This document shows positions 10,069-19,621 of a DNA stretch of 48,537 bases, one piece after another. The translations under genes were made by a program, and so were the position numbers. The stretch covers positions 1 through 48,537 of the forward strand of contig DATFAY010000303.1 of the NCBI GenBank assembly GCA_035254085.1, read 5' to 3'. How positions within the stretch are numbered: the stretch's first letter is position 1; every line of letters starts with the position of its first letter. The notes under the pieces are model-generated. The model had not been told where the DNA came from. It was given only the letters and a program-made list of their open reading frames with translations, and searched no databases. This DNA is from Piscinibacter sp. GTDB lineage: Bacteria > Pseudomonadota > Gammaproteobacteria > Burkholderiales > Burkholderiaceae_C.

Positions 10069-10910
10069 TTCACGGCGCCGGTCGTCAAGCCGGCGATCAG
10101 TTGGCGGGAAGAGAGCACGAACAGGACGATCAGCGGCAGCGTCGCGATCGCCGCGCCGGCCATCAGGGCACCCCATTCGGTGTTGACCGGGGCTTGCAGG
10201 CTGCGCAGCGCCAGCGGCAAGGTGTAGTTCTCGGACGTGCGCAGCACGACCAGCGGGCCGATGAAGTTGTTCCACGAGCCGATGAAGGTGATCAGCGCCA
10301 GCGTGCCCAGGGCGGGGCGCATCAGCGGCAGCGCGACGTGCCAATAGATGCGCAACTCGCCGCAGCCGTCCAGGCGCGCGGCCTGGATCAGCTCGTGCGG
10401 CACCGCCGCGCTCGCGTACTGGCGCAGCAGGAAGATGCCGAAGGCGCTGGCCGCGCCCGGGATGTACAGCGCTCGATGCTCGTCGATCCAGCCGAGCGCA
10501 TCCATGATCATGAAGGTGGGGATCATGTTCATGAACGAGGGCAGCAGCAGCGTCGCCATCACCAGCCCGAACAGCAGGTTCTTGTGGCGAAAGTGCAGGC
10601 GCGCGAACGCATAGCCGCCCATCGAGCAGAACAGCAGCGTGAGCGCGGTCGAAGCCAGCGCCACGTACAGGCTCCAGCCGAAATTGCGCCAGAAGGAGAG
10701 TCGGCTCGTGAGGATCTTCAGGTTGTCGAGGAAGGCATCGCCGAAGAACATCGGCGGCGGCATGTGGAAGATCTCGGTGCGCGAGTGGGTCGCGAACACG
10801 AACATGAAGTAGAACGGCGCGAGCATGATGGCGGCGCCCGCCGCCACCAGCGCCAGCGCGGCCCAGGTCGACATCCGGCGGCGGGCGTTCATGGCAGCGC
10901 CTCGGCTCAT
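10065..10910 (-). CDS. Carbohydrate ABC transporter permease
   Basis: EAA loop ELIQAARLDG, WNNF, TLPLAL; ATGA overlap with the upstream permease. Confidence 0.9.
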   Translation of the reverse strand: MSRGAAMNARRRMSTWAALALVAAGAAIMLAPFYFMFVFATHSRTEIFHMPPPMFFGDAFLDNLKILTSRLSFWRNFGWSLYVALASTALTLLFCSMGGYAFARLHFRHKNLLFGLVMATLLLPSFMNMIPTFMIMDALGWIDEHRALYIPGAASAFGIFLLRQYASAAVPHELIQAARLDGCGELRIYWHVALPLMRPALGTLALITFIGSWNNFIGPLVVLRTSENYTLPLALRSLQAPVNTEWGALMAGAAIATLPLIVLFVLSSRQLIAGLTTGAVK

Positions 10911-11809
10911 GCGTCCTCCCGCGGGCGGAAGGCCCGGTTGGTGAGCCAGGTCAACGCGGCGACCAGGATGAACAGCAGCCACGACATGGCGCTCGCGCCG
11001 CCGAAGTCGTTGAAGTCGAAGGCCATGCGGTACATGTAGACGGCGGCTGTCATCCCGGATTGATCCGGTCCGCCCCGTCCGCCGGTGAGGATGAACGGCT
11101 CCTCGAACAGCTGCATGCCGCCGACCACGCTGAGCGTGACCGCGAAGAAGATCATCGGCCGCAACCCCGGCAGCGTGATGTGCCAGAACTGCTGCCAGGG
11201 GCTGGCGCCGTCGAGCGCGGCCGCCTTGTACAGGTCGCGCGGCATGGCCTGCAGGGCCGCCAGGTAGAGCACGATGTTGAAGCCGACGTAGCGCCAGAAG
11301 ACGATCAGCGCGATCGCCGGCTTGACGAAGGCCGGCTGGTTCAGCCAGTCGACGCCCGCGGCGCCGAACAGGCTGTGCAGCACCAGGTTGACCAGCCCGT
11401 AGTCGGTCGAGAAGAACGATGCGAAGAGGATCGAGATCGCCACCGTCGACGTGATGTAGGGCACGAAGTACACGCCGACCACCGCGTTGCGCCCGCGATG
11501 GATCACCCGGTCGATGAAGACCGCCAGCGGAATCGCGACCAGGTGCTGCGGCACGCCCGACGCGAGCGCCAGCCATAGCGTGTTGCGCAGGGATTTCCAG
11601 AACCACGGGTCGCCCAGCGCGAAGACGAAGTTGTCCAGGCCCACGAAGCGCATGGCCGCCAGGCCGCTGGTCGGCTCCCAGGACTGCAGCGCCAGCCACA
11701 GCGAGAAGGCCAGCGGAAACAGGCCGAACACCGCGAACAGGATGAAGAAGGGCGCGATCAGCGCATAGGGCGCCCAGCGCGCCGGCAACGAAGGGAGGGC
11801 GAGTCGCAT
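10907..11809 (-). CDS. Carbohydrate ABC transporter permease
   Basis: FVGLDNF, DLYKAAALDGA, ITLPGLRP, QLFEEP. Confidence 0.92.
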   Translation of the reverse strand: MRLALPSLPARWAPYALIAPFFILFAVFGLFPLAFSLWLALQSWEPTSGLAAMRFVGLDNFVFALGDPWFWKSLRNTLWLALASGVPQHLVAIPLAVFIDRVIHRGRNAVVGVYFVPYITSTVAISILFASFFSTDYGLVNLVLHSLFGAAGVDWLNQPAFVKPAIALIVFWRYVGFNIVLYLAALQAMPRDLYKAAALDGASPWQQFWHITLPGLRPMIFFAVTLSVVGGMQLFEEPFILTGGRGGPDQSGMTAAVYMYRMAFDFNDFGGASAMSWLLFILVAALTWLTNRAFRPREDA

Positions 11810-11815
11810 GGGTCT

Positions 11816-13108
11816 TCAGCGCTGCGCGCGGCGTTCGATGATGAGCTTGGCGTCGCCCAGGGCCGAGGCGATGTCCTTGCCGCGGTCGAGCACGTTGTCC
11901 AGTTCGGTGGCGATCACCTCGTCGGCGAACCCGTTCTGCTTGTGCACCCGCGCGGCGGTCATGTGGGCCGCGGCGTCCTTCCACAAGAGGCGCGCCTTCT
12001 GTCCGCCCAGGAAGGGCAGCGGCTCGCTGAAGAACGGGTCGTCGTGCGTCTCCACCAGCGATGGAAAGGCGTCGAACTTCTTGAAGGCGGCGAGCTGCAA
12101 CTCGCGCTGCAGCGTCATGAGCCGGATGAAGTCCCAGGCGAGCGCCTTGTTGGCCGCCGACGCGTAGTGAGGGATGGCGTAGAAGCTGCCGCCGTAGCCG
12201 GCGAACGCGTTCTCCGGAAACTGCGAGGCGCGCCACAGGCCCTGCGTTTCGGGCGCGATCCAGTTGTGCAGCTGCCCCACCAGCCAGGCGCCCGAGAGCT
12301 CGGTGGCCAGGATGCCGCGCCGAAAGCCCTCGGCCCATTCGTTGGACCAGGCGCTCACGCGGGCGTCGAGCCTGGAGCGGCGCACCTGGCGCGCCAGCTC
12401 GAAGGCGCGCACGAAGCGCGGCGCGTCGACCGATACCCGGCCGCCGGCATCGAAGTACAGGCCGTCGCCCGGCTTCAGGCCGGTGCGAATCACGATGTCC
12501 TTGATCTCCTGGACATGGGCCACCAGGTAGGCGCCGGTGGCGGCCTTGATGCGCTCGCCCGCCTCGATGTAGCCCTCCCACGAGCGCGCGAGCGCGTCGG
12601 CGCCGACGCGGGCGCGCTCCAGCAGGTCCGCGCGGTAGAGCATGGTGCCGGGGCCGATGTCGGCCGGCGCGGCCACCACCGCACCGGCGGCGTTGGTGGC
12701 CTGGTCGTAGGCCGACGCGACCCAGCGCGAGCGGTAGCGGCCGATGTCGTAGGGCGCCTGGGCCAGGTTCTCGAGCCCGCCGCCCTGCGCGAAGCGGCCG
12801 ACGAAGCTCACCTCCAATGCCATCACGTCGGGCAGGCGCACCGCCGTCGACAGCGCGGTGGTCATGGCCGTGTGATGGTCCATGTACTGCCGGCTCACCA
12901 CCTTCAGCGCGACGTCCGGATGCATGGCGCGCCACATCGGCTCCGCCGCCTTGACGATCTCGTCGACCAGCGGAAAGGCCGCCACCGTCAGCTCCCGCGC
13001 GGCGGCCGCGCGCAAGGGCGGCGCGGCCAGCAACCCGCAGGCGATCAGGCTGCGGCGAGTGAGCCACGGCGGCCGACCTGCCGTCAATGAAGTTGAAATG
13101 TTCGACAC
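11816..13108 (-). CDS. Carbohydrate ABC transporter substrate-binding protein
   Basis: Tat-like TRRSLI signal; PDVMALE, PADIGP..LYRADL, YGGSFYAIP. Start (GTG) uncertain. Confidence 0.88.
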   Translation of the reverse strand: MSNISTSLTAGRPPWLTRRSLIACGLLAAPPLRAAAARELTVAAFPLVDEIVKAAEPMWRAMHPDVALKVVSRQYMDHHTAMTTALSTAVRLPDVMALEVSFVGRFAQGGGLENLAQAPYDIGRYRSRWVASAYDQATNAAGAVVAAPADIGPGTMLYRADLLERARVGADALARSWEGYIEAGERIKAATGAYLVAHVQEIKDIVIRTGLKPGDGLYFDAGGRVSVDAPRFVRAFELARQVRRSRLDARVSAWSNEWAEGFRRGILATELSGAWLVGQLHNWIAPETQGLWRASQFPENAFAGYGGSFYAIPHYASAANKALAWDFIRLMTLQRELQLAAFKKFDAFPSLVETHDDPFFSEPLPFLGGQKARLLWKDAAAHMTAARVHKQNGFADEVIATELDNVLDRGKDIASALGDAKLIIERRAQR

Positions 13109-13168
13109 CCGACGGTCTTGTTTTCCAGGGGCGGCAGGCGCGGATGCGCCGCCAAGACCGTCATGATG

Positions 13169-13183
13169 TTAATGACTCATTAA
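13169..13183. promoter_or_regulatory. Palindromic operator candidate upstream of the minus-strand sugar operon
   Basis: TTAATGAcTCATTAA, 7-bp perfect arms, in an AT-rich patch about 60 bp upstream of the SBP start. Confidence 0.5.
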
Positions 13184-13260
13184 TTCCATTACTTCGGTGT
13201 TAACCCTCTGGGGGCCGGCGGTGGCTGATCGGCAGCTCGCCTATCGCGCGAGCAGCCAGG

Positions 13261-13490
13261 CTGCGTGCGGTCAACATCAACGGTGCGATGAGCGCGCACT
13301 TCGACACCGACTTCAACGCGACGCGCAGCCGGAGGAGACCGGCCTGGCCGCGTGGAGCGGCTTCACCTCGGGCGTCATGCGGTGGGGCCAGGATCTCGGC
13401 ATCACGTCCAGCAACTACTTGAACTTCGGCTACAGCGACGGCAGCCCGTTGCCCGTCGGTGCCTACGAGACTTCGAGCAACATTGCGAAG
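13261..13490 (+). pseudogene. Possible frameshifted gene remnant
   Basis: Two adjacent stretches with coding-like codon usage in different frames (LRAVNINGAMSAHFDTDFNATRS, then WSGFTSGVMRWGQDLGITSSNYLNFGYSDG); no credible start or end. Confidence 0.3.
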
Positions 13491-13541
13491 GCATGCAGCC
13501 CGCGCTGTGGGGCTCGATGCGGATCAACAGCGCGATTGCGG

Positions 13542-13787
13542 TCAGGCCTTGACGCGCGCGGCCTTCTTCACAGGCGAAGTATTGGAAGCCTTGGCAATGA
13601 GCTTGCGATAGATGTCATCCACGGCCGCGTCGTGCGCGGCCAGATCATCCGCAACCTTGGCACTGGTGCGATCCGCGCTGCGCTTGGCGCTGACCGGCAG
13701 GGCGTCGAGAGCGCCGGACTTCGCGCAGGCGCTGAGGACCCCGGCGGGATCGAGAAGAGCGGCGAACGGATTGGAAGAAGTCAACAT
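13542..13787 (-). CDS. Small hypothetical protein (81 aa, basic C-terminus)
   Basis: MLTSSNPFAALLDP...; protein-like composition; TAAAAT -10-like box upstream on the minus strand. Confidence 0.6.
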   Translation of the reverse strand: MLTSSNPFAALLDPAGVLSACAKSGALDALPVSAKRSADRTSAKVADDLAAHDAAVDDIYRKLIAKASNTSPVKKAARVKA

Positions 13788-14001
13788 CGGAATGTGGCTC
13801 GTGAAAGCGCGCAGCTCGAGGGGGCCCATGCGCAAAGCCTTCTATTTTATGGCGTGAGGCCGCCGGCGATCTACGAGAGAGTCGCCGATGAAGGGCGCAC
13901 CCGCCGCGCTTGTCGGCCTCGTGCGCACGCGCAATCCGGCCGGTCGCGCGCCCAGGGCTGACGGCGCACCGTGCGGCGCGCCGGACATGACCGGCGGCGC
14001 C

Positions 14002-14130
14002 GTGCGGGAAGCTGCACGAGTCGCGCGGCGCCCCTTGCCCGGGCGCCGCGCGCCTTCCCAGGCAAATCAAGCAGTTGCAGCGCGTGCCATCGCTGCGCCG
14101 CCACGCGCGCGACGCTGGCATGTCTTTCGC
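14002..14130 (+). promoter_or_regulatory. Sigma-54 promoter module 1 (enhancer + IHF + -24/-12) of the virB3 operon
   Basis: GTGCGGGAAGCTGCAC 14002-14017; IHF-consensus AATCAAGCAGTTG 14065-14077; TGGCATGTCTTTCGC (GG-N10-GC) 14116-14130. Confidence 0.8.
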
Positions 14131-14168
14131 GAACACCGCCATGTCGCAAAACGCACCCGGAGCAGGGC

Positions 14169-14471
14169 ATGGCACACGACGCGCAGCAAAGCCTGCAGGA
14201 AGTGAAGATCTTCGCGCGGGAGAACACCATCTGGGGCATCCCCAGCAAGCAGTTCACCGGCGCGGGCGTGTTCACCATCGCGATGCTCACGCAGCTGCCG
14301 GTGTTCTTCGCGCTCGCGATGGGCGCGCTCATCTTCGGCGTGCTTTTCACCATCTACAACGACGACCCGCGCGCGCTCATCGCATGGCAGCGCTCGATCG
14401 GGCGGCCGGTGCGGTGGTCGGTGTGCCCGCGTCAGCCCAGGCAAGTCACCGTCCTTCCTTTCAAAGAGTGA
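14169..14471 (+). CDS. virB3: T4SS VirB3-like inner-membrane protein
   Basis: 100 aa; ...TIWGIP..., two hydrophobic helices, then DDP; adjacent to the pilin and VirB4. Confidence 0.7.
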   Translation: MAHDAQQSLQEVKIFARENTIWGIPSKQFTGAGVFTIAMLTQLPVFFALAMGALIFGVLFTIYNDDPRALIAWQRSIGRPVRWSVCPRQPRQVTVLPFKE

Positions 14472-14486
14472 GCACAAGGAGCCTCC

Positions 14487-14810
14487 ATGAAACCCCAGTT
14501 CAAGTCCACCCTTCGCGCGGCGTCGGCCGCGGCGAGCCTGAGCCTGCTCAGCGCCTCGGCCCGCGCCGCGGCGAACTTCGACTCGGTCACCGCCTTCCTG
14601 CAGAAATTCGCCGAGTTCATGGCCGGCCCCTTCGGCAAGGGCGTGGTCATCATCTCGATCATCGCGGCCTTCTGCACCTGGGTGTTCGCCCCGAAGGACG
14701 GCATCTTCGGCCCGGTGCTGCGCGTGGTCGTGGCCGGCATCGCCATCCTGAACGCGGCCACCTGGATGGGCCAGCTGGGTGCCGGCGGCGGCGTGAACCT
14801 GGGCGGCTGA
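14487..14810 (+). CDS. virB2: T4SS pilin, VirB2/TrbC family
   Basis: RBS AAGGAG; signal ending ARA; GPFGK followed by two hydrophobic helices, typical pilin layout. Confidence 0.8.
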   Translation: MKPQFKSTLRAASAAASLSLLSASARAAANFDSVTAFLQKFAEFMAGPFGKGVVIISIIAAFCTWVFAPKDGIFGPVLRVVVAGIAILNAATWMGQLGAGGGVNLGG

Positions 14811-14847
14811 TTCGCCCCACCACACCGCACCTCGAGGAGACAGCCAC

Positions 14848-17385
14848 ATGGGCGCCAGGGAGAAGATCGGCTCGGTGCTGGACCTGCACACCTGCTACGG
14901 CGTGTACAACGGCTTCGTGCTGACCAAGACCGGCTCGCTGATCGGCGGCATCGAGCTGTCGGGGCGCGACCCCGACGGCATGGCGCCCATCGATCACCAG
15001 GGCCTGATGCACATCGCGCGGGTGATCTACGGCAAGCTGCCGAAGAACGTATCGGTCACGCAGTACTACGCGCACTTCGAAGGCGCGCGGGTGTCGCTGG
15101 CGCAGCGCGAGCATCCGATCAGCAACCTGATGTCGCAGCGTCGCGCGCAGTTCCTCAACGGGCGCGAGCTGTGCAACTCGCGCCTGGTCCACTACTTCGA
15201 GATCCAGCCGCCCGAGAACACCAGCCGCCTCGACATCGCCGGCCTCGTCAAGCACCTGGTGATGTCGCCGGTGAACGCCGCCAGCCGCCAGGCCGTGCGC
15301 CAGACGCTGTCCAAGCAGGGCACGCTGCTGTTCATCGCCGAGCAGCTCGAGCGGCAATCGTGGGCGCTGCGCGATGCGATGTCGGTGCTGATCGCGAAGT
15401 GGTCCGGCATGATGGGCGTGGATCAGCTCGCCATCGACGAGCTGTGGGCGCACATGCGCTTCCTGGCCACCTTGCAGCCGCGCCGGCTCGACACCGCGCT
15501 GCTGGAGACGCCGCCCGCCAGCAACTGGGACCAGTTCCTCACCAGCGGTGAAGTGCGCCACCTGCGCGTGGCCAGCATGGACGTGCTCAAGGTCGACGAC
15601 GCCGAGCACCAGTACGTGAAGATCGGCGCCATCAGCCGCCTGGGCAGCCCCGTGCGCGAGGGCCTGTGGGGCAATGGCGAGGACTCGCCCGTGCGCCTGC
15701 GCGGCAACTACCTGCTGATGCACCGCTTCATGCCGTTCACCGAGTTCAAGCGCTCGATGCTGTTTCGCGCCAAGCAGACCGAACTCGAGCGCAGCGCGAT
15801 CAACCCGTGGGACGTCCTGCAGGGCCGAGAGCGCTCGCTGTACGAGAAGCAGCTCACCATGAAGCCCGCCATCGCCGACAAGATCGCCGAACTGGGCGAG
15901 GCCGAGGCGCTGGACGAGATCTGGGGCAACGGACACTGCTTCGTGGCCGCGTTCCATGCCGATCCCAAGCGGCTGCGCGACACGGTGCTGTCGCTCGACC
16001 GCGCCTGCTCCAACGCCGGCCTGTCGCTGGTGTGGGAAGGCGTGGACCTGCCCTACGCCTACCAGACGCTGCAGCCCGGCGGCCAGCACAAGAGCATGCG
16101 CGACATGGTGATGAACGGCACGCAAAGCGCCGCCGCTGCGCTGCTCTACCAGAGCGCGCTGGGCCAGCCGGTGGTGGAGGACCTGGGCAACGAAGAGGCG
16201 CAGTACATCCTCGAAAGCAGCGACGGGCGGCCCTTCTTCTTCAGCAACTTCATCGGCGGCCGCGCGATGCTGATCGGCATCGGCCCCATCCGCAGCGGCA
16301 AGACCTTCTTCAAGAACACGCTGGCCACGCATTTCCTGAAGTACGGCGGCGTGATCCGCGCCATCGACATCGATCCCGGCACCGAGACGCTTGCACAGGC
16401 CTTCGGCGCCGAGGGCGGCGTGTTCCGCGTCACGGCCGACGGCAGCAACGGGCTCAACCCGTTCGTCAACTACCAGGGCGAGGGCGACATCGGCTTCGTG
16501 GTCCACATGACCGAGCTGCTGGTGGAGATGATGCGCGCCAACGACGACCCGCTGCTGCAGCAGCTGGCGCACAACGAGCAGGAGTACCTCGACGGCGCGA
16601 TCCGCAAGACGCTGTTGCTGCCGCCCGAGATGCGCACGCTCGATTCGCTGGTGGCGCACATGCCGATGCAGCTGGCGCAGAAGTTCACGCGCTGGACCCG
16701 CGGAAACGATCCGCAGATGAGCGGCCGCTATGCGCCGCTGTTCGCCGCCGAGACCGACGCGGCGGGCGGCCTGGACAAGCGCGTGGCCGTCTACAACCTG
16801 CAGGCCGTGCGCGACGACGAGAACGCGATGCGCCCGCTGCTGCTCGAGCTGTTCTACCGCATCACGCGCGCCTTCGAAGACCCGCAGCGCCGCGGCATCC
16901 CGAAGGAGCTGCACGTCGACGAATGCCACCACGCGCTGCGGCTGAAGGCCTTCGCGGATTATCTGGTGGCCAAGGTGCGCACCTGGGGCAAGTGGGGCGC
17001 CGGCGTGCAGCTGTGGACGCAGTCGCCCGAGGAGCTGCTGCGCAGCGAGAGCTGGGCCGCGGTGCGCAGCGCGGCCAGCACCTTCGTCTTCATGTCGGAC
17101 CCGAAGATGGACGACGCCTTGTACTGCGAGACCTTCCCGTTCCTGCAGGCCGGCGAGTGCGAGGCCATCCGCTCCTTGATTCCCAAGCGCCAGGCCTTTG
17201 TGGTGCAGCAGGAGCTGGGCATCGCCAAGGTGGTGAACCTGGCGGTGGAGCCGGAGCAGTACGTGATGAACACCTCGCATCCGCGCGAGGCGGCGATCCG
17301 CAGCCGGCTGATCGAGGAGCATGGGTACGAGAAGGGCATGCGCCTGACCCTGCAGCGGTTTCGGGAGGAAGGGATCTTGAAATGA
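14848..17385 (+). CDS. virB4: T4SS ATPase VirB4/TrbE family
   Basis: 845 aa; N-terminal LTKTGSL..GIELSGRD, Walker A GPIRSGKT, GLNPF, Walker B HVDECH, WTQSP. Confidence 0.92.
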   Translation: MGAREKIGSVLDLHTCYGVYNGFVLTKTGSLIGGIELSGRDPDGMAPIDHQGLMHIARVIYGKLPKNVSVTQYYAHFEGARVSLAQREHPISNLMSQRRAQFLNGRELCNSRLVHYFEIQPPENTSRLDIAGLVKHLVMSPVNAASRQAVRQTLSKQGTLLFIAEQLERQSWALRDAMSVLIAKWSGMMGVDQLAIDELWAHMRFLATLQPRRLDTALLETPPASNWDQFLTSGEVRHLRVASMDVLKVDDAEHQYVKIGAISRLGSPVREGLWGNGEDSPVRLRGNYLLMHRFMPFTEFKRSMLFRAKQTELERSAINPWDVLQGRERSLYEKQLTMKPAIADKIAELGEAEALDEIWGNGHCFVAAFHADPKRLRDTVLSLDRACSNAGLSLVWEGVDLPYAYQTLQPGGQHKSMRDMVMNGTQSAAAALLYQSALGQPVVEDLGNEEAQYILESSDGRPFFFSNFIGGRAMLIGIGPIRSGKTFFKNTLATHFLKYGGVIRAIDIDPGTETLAQAFGAEGGVFRVTADGSNGLNPFVNYQGEGDIGFVVHMTELLVEMMRANDDPLLQQLAHNEQEYLDGAIRKTLLLPPEMRTLDSLVAHMPMQLAQKFTRWTRGNDPQMSGRYAPLFAAETDAAGGLDKRVAVYNLQAVRDDENAMRPLLLELFYRITRAFEDPQRRGIPKELHVDECHHALRLKAFADYLVAKVRTWGKWGAGVQLWTQSPEELLRSESWAAVRSAASTFVFMSDPKMDDALYCETFPFLQAGECEAIRSLIPKRQAFVVQQELGIAKVVNLAVEPEQYVMNTSHPREAAIRSRLIEEHGYEKGMRLTLQRFREEGILK

Positions 17386-18485
17386 GCCTGCCGACCGCAG
17401 CCGCCCTCGTGCTGCTGCTTGCGACCACCTTCCCACCCGCCTTCGCCGCAGACCCCGGGCCGCAAGACATCGAGTCGCTCGTCGCGGAAATCGAGCAGCT
17501 TCCCAAGGAGGCTTTCGACGCCGACCCTCGCCGGTGGCAGGAAGTGTTCGACCTGCTGGAGCAGTACCTGGCCACCGCGCAAGCCGTGCGAGCGCCTGTC
17601 GCGGCGGCAGCACCACAGAAATTCACGTTGGCGTTCCGCCAGTCGGCCGCCAAGCTGCGACAGGGACCGCAAGACGACGTGGCGAGCCGGCTGCTGTGGT
17701 CCAGCCTGAACGGCGCGGGCGCCGGCGCGCTCAACAGTAGCGGCACCTCCTCGCCAAGCATCGATCTGGCTCATCTGGCGGAACTGGCCGCGGCCTCACA
17801 CCCCGGACACGGGGACACCGCCGGCGAGCTGTGGCCGCTGCTCACGCTGAGCAGCCCCGGGCCGGCGCGGCTGCTGCAGCGCAAGGCCGAGCTGGCCAAC
17901 GCCGCGCAGCCCAACGCCGCCGCCTTGAACCAGGCCATGCACGATGCGGTGACACGCCTGCAAGCCCGTGGCGAGCAGGGCTGCCAGGACCTGCAGCGCA
18001 TGCAGCGCCAGGCCGAGGCGATGTCGCGGCGCGTGAGCGCGCTGGAGTCGCTGGTGCAGCGCAACGGCAGCCTCGACATGCAAGACCCCGCGGCCGCCGC
18101 CGCCACGCTGGGCCAGCTTCGCGCCGAGCTGTCGGCCTTGCAGGTCGGGCAGCACCAGCAGCTGCTCGACCTGGGCGCGCGAGAACTGGTGGCCGGCGCC
18201 GCGCCGGTCGACGGCACGCCGCAAGAGCTCGGCCGCGCCGCCTTGGCCGGCGAACTCGAGCGCCGCGTCGATGCGTTGCACGATGGCGACGGCGACGCCG
18301 CGACCAAGGCGCTGCTCATCGCCCAGCAGGAGCTCAACCTCGCCGCGCTGGACGCCCTGGCGCGTGAGGCGCTGATCAAGGCCGCCCTGCTGCGACAGGG
18401 CCGGCTGGCGCAAGGTGAGCTGATGCAGGCGAGCGCCGAAGCGGCGCGCCTGGCCGGTGCCATCGATCGCGTGGCGGTGAAGTAG
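17382..18485 (+). CDS. Exported alpha-helical protein in the VirB5/TrbJ position
   Basis: ATGA overlap with virB4; signal peptide ending AFA; Ala/Leu/Gln-rich coiled-coil character. Homology not recognised. Confidence 0.6.
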   Translation: MSLPTAAALVLLLATTFPPAFAADPGPQDIESLVAEIEQLPKEAFDADPRRWQEVFDLLEQYLATAQAVRAPVAAAAPQKFTLAFRQSAAKLRQGPQDDVASRLLWSSLNGAGAGALNSSGTSSPSIDLAHLAELAAASHPGHGDTAGELWPLLTLSSPGPARLLQRKAELANAAQPNAAALNQAMHDAVTRLQARGEQGCQDLQRMQRQAEAMSRRVSALESLVQRNGSLDMQDPAAAAATLGQLRAELSALQVGQHQQLLDLGARELVAGAAPVDGTPQELGRAALAGELERRVDALHDGDGDAATKALLIAQQELNLAALDALAREALIKAALLRQGRLAQGELMQASAEAARLAGAIDRVAVK

Positions 18486-18609
18486 CGACATGGCCCGCGA
18501 CAGTGAACATGCAGTGAGGCGAGCATGCGCGGCGCTGCATGAGGCGGTGTCCCGACACGCCAAGTCGCGTCGGGGCGCCGGTGGAGCGACCGTGGAGCAG
18601 TGCAAGCGA

Positions 18610-19614
18610 ATGCCTCCTGTGCTGCCCGTCCCACCCAGGCTGCGAAGCCTGCTCGCGTGGCTGTTCCCCGGTCTGTTGCTCGTGGGATGGGCAGTACCCG
18701 CGCACGCGGCCTCGATGCCTGCACTGCACGAGATGTTCCTCGTGTTCGACCGCATCAACGACCAGATCACCAGCAGCGTGGGCACCGCGCTGGGCACCCG
18801 ACAGGTGGAGACGGTGGTCAACGTGCTGTTCAGCGCCCTGGCCATCGGCCTGTTCGTGTGGAAGTTCGCCGGCTTCGCGCTGCGTGGCTTCGACATGCTG
18901 GACCTGCTCACGCTGATGATGACGATCTTCTTCGTCTACATCCTGCTCACCAGCTACAAGGCCATCTTCCCGCCCATCCTCGATGGCGGCCGCTACGTGT
19001 CGGAGGTGCTGGGCCGCGGCATCGCGAACCGCGACGGCTCGGTGAGCCTGGCCGAGGCGACGTTTCGCATGCTGCTGCACTTCGACTTCAGCGCCGCATG
19101 CGGCGTCACCGATTGCCTGGGCTCGGGCTTTCTGGCGCTGCCCGGCGTGCTGGTGGCCTACGTGATGGTGCTGGCGCTGGGCATCATCGCCACGCTGGTC
19201 GAGCTGTGGACGATGTGGGGTTTCCAGATCGCCTATGCCGTCGGCTGGCTGACGATCCCGTTCCTGCTGTTCGAGCGCCTGTCCTTCCTGTTCGACGGCT
19301 GGCTGAAGTTCATCTTCGGCATGATCGTGTACGTCATCGTCGCCAAGATCAATCTCGCGCTCGTGCTGCTCGGCCTGGAGGTGATGTTCGGCGTCGGCGA
19401 CGTCGCCGACCAGACGGTGCAGGTGCACGGCTTCTTCGATGTCATCGGCCTGCTGGTGTTCATGGCGGTGGGCATCGCCACGCTGTATTCCACCGGCCGC
19501 TTCGCCTCGGCCATCGTCAGCTCCGCGGGCGGCGGCGGCATCGGTGAAATGGTGCAGAAGATGGCCAGCACCGCCGCCACCGTCGCGGGCGCCGCCGTGG
19601 CGCTGGCGCTGTAG
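18610..19614 (+). CDS. virB6: T4SS VirB6/TrbL-like polytopic membrane protein, copy 1
   Basis: GWLTIPFLLFERLSFLFDGWLKF, a VirB6-type motif; multiple TM helices. Start 18610 or 18490. Confidence 0.8.
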   Translation: MPPVLPVPPRLRSLLAWLFPGLLLVGWAVPAHAASMPALHEMFLVFDRINDQITSSVGTALGTRQVETVVNVLFSALAIGLFVWKFAGFALRGFDMLDLLTLMMTIFFVYILLTSYKAIFPPILDGGRYVSEVLGRGIANRDGSVSLAEATFRMLLHFDFSAACGVTDCLGSGFLALPGVLVAYVMVLALGIIATLVELWTMWGFQIAYAVGWLTIPFLLFERLSFLFDGWLKFIFGMIVYVIVAKINLALVLLGLEVMFGVGDVADQTVQVHGFFDVIGLLVFMAVGIATLYSTGRFASAIVSSAGGGGIGEMVQKMASTAATVAGAAVALAL

Positions 19615-19621
19615 GGCCGGC

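Noticed and set aside
10065-13067. 1000-aa ORF, and similarly extended ORFs 181-1911, 3636-6287, 5396-7786, 15666-18485, 39600-42074, as fusion proteins
   Set aside because: Only the C-terminal parts are protein-like; internal starts with RBS or stop/start overlaps explain them.
13197-13961. 254-aa plus-strand ORF as a real gene
   Set aside because: Only a short internal stretch looks coding; the rest is antisense to the 13542-13787 gene.
14659-17616. Very long antisense and alternate-frame ORFs (e.g. 14659-17616, 32532-35060, 34616-36985, 38494-40953, 40278-42386)
   Set aside because: Shadow ORFs expected in high-GC DNA; they overlap genes with clear family motifs and have Arg/Ala/Gly-rich, motif-free translations.
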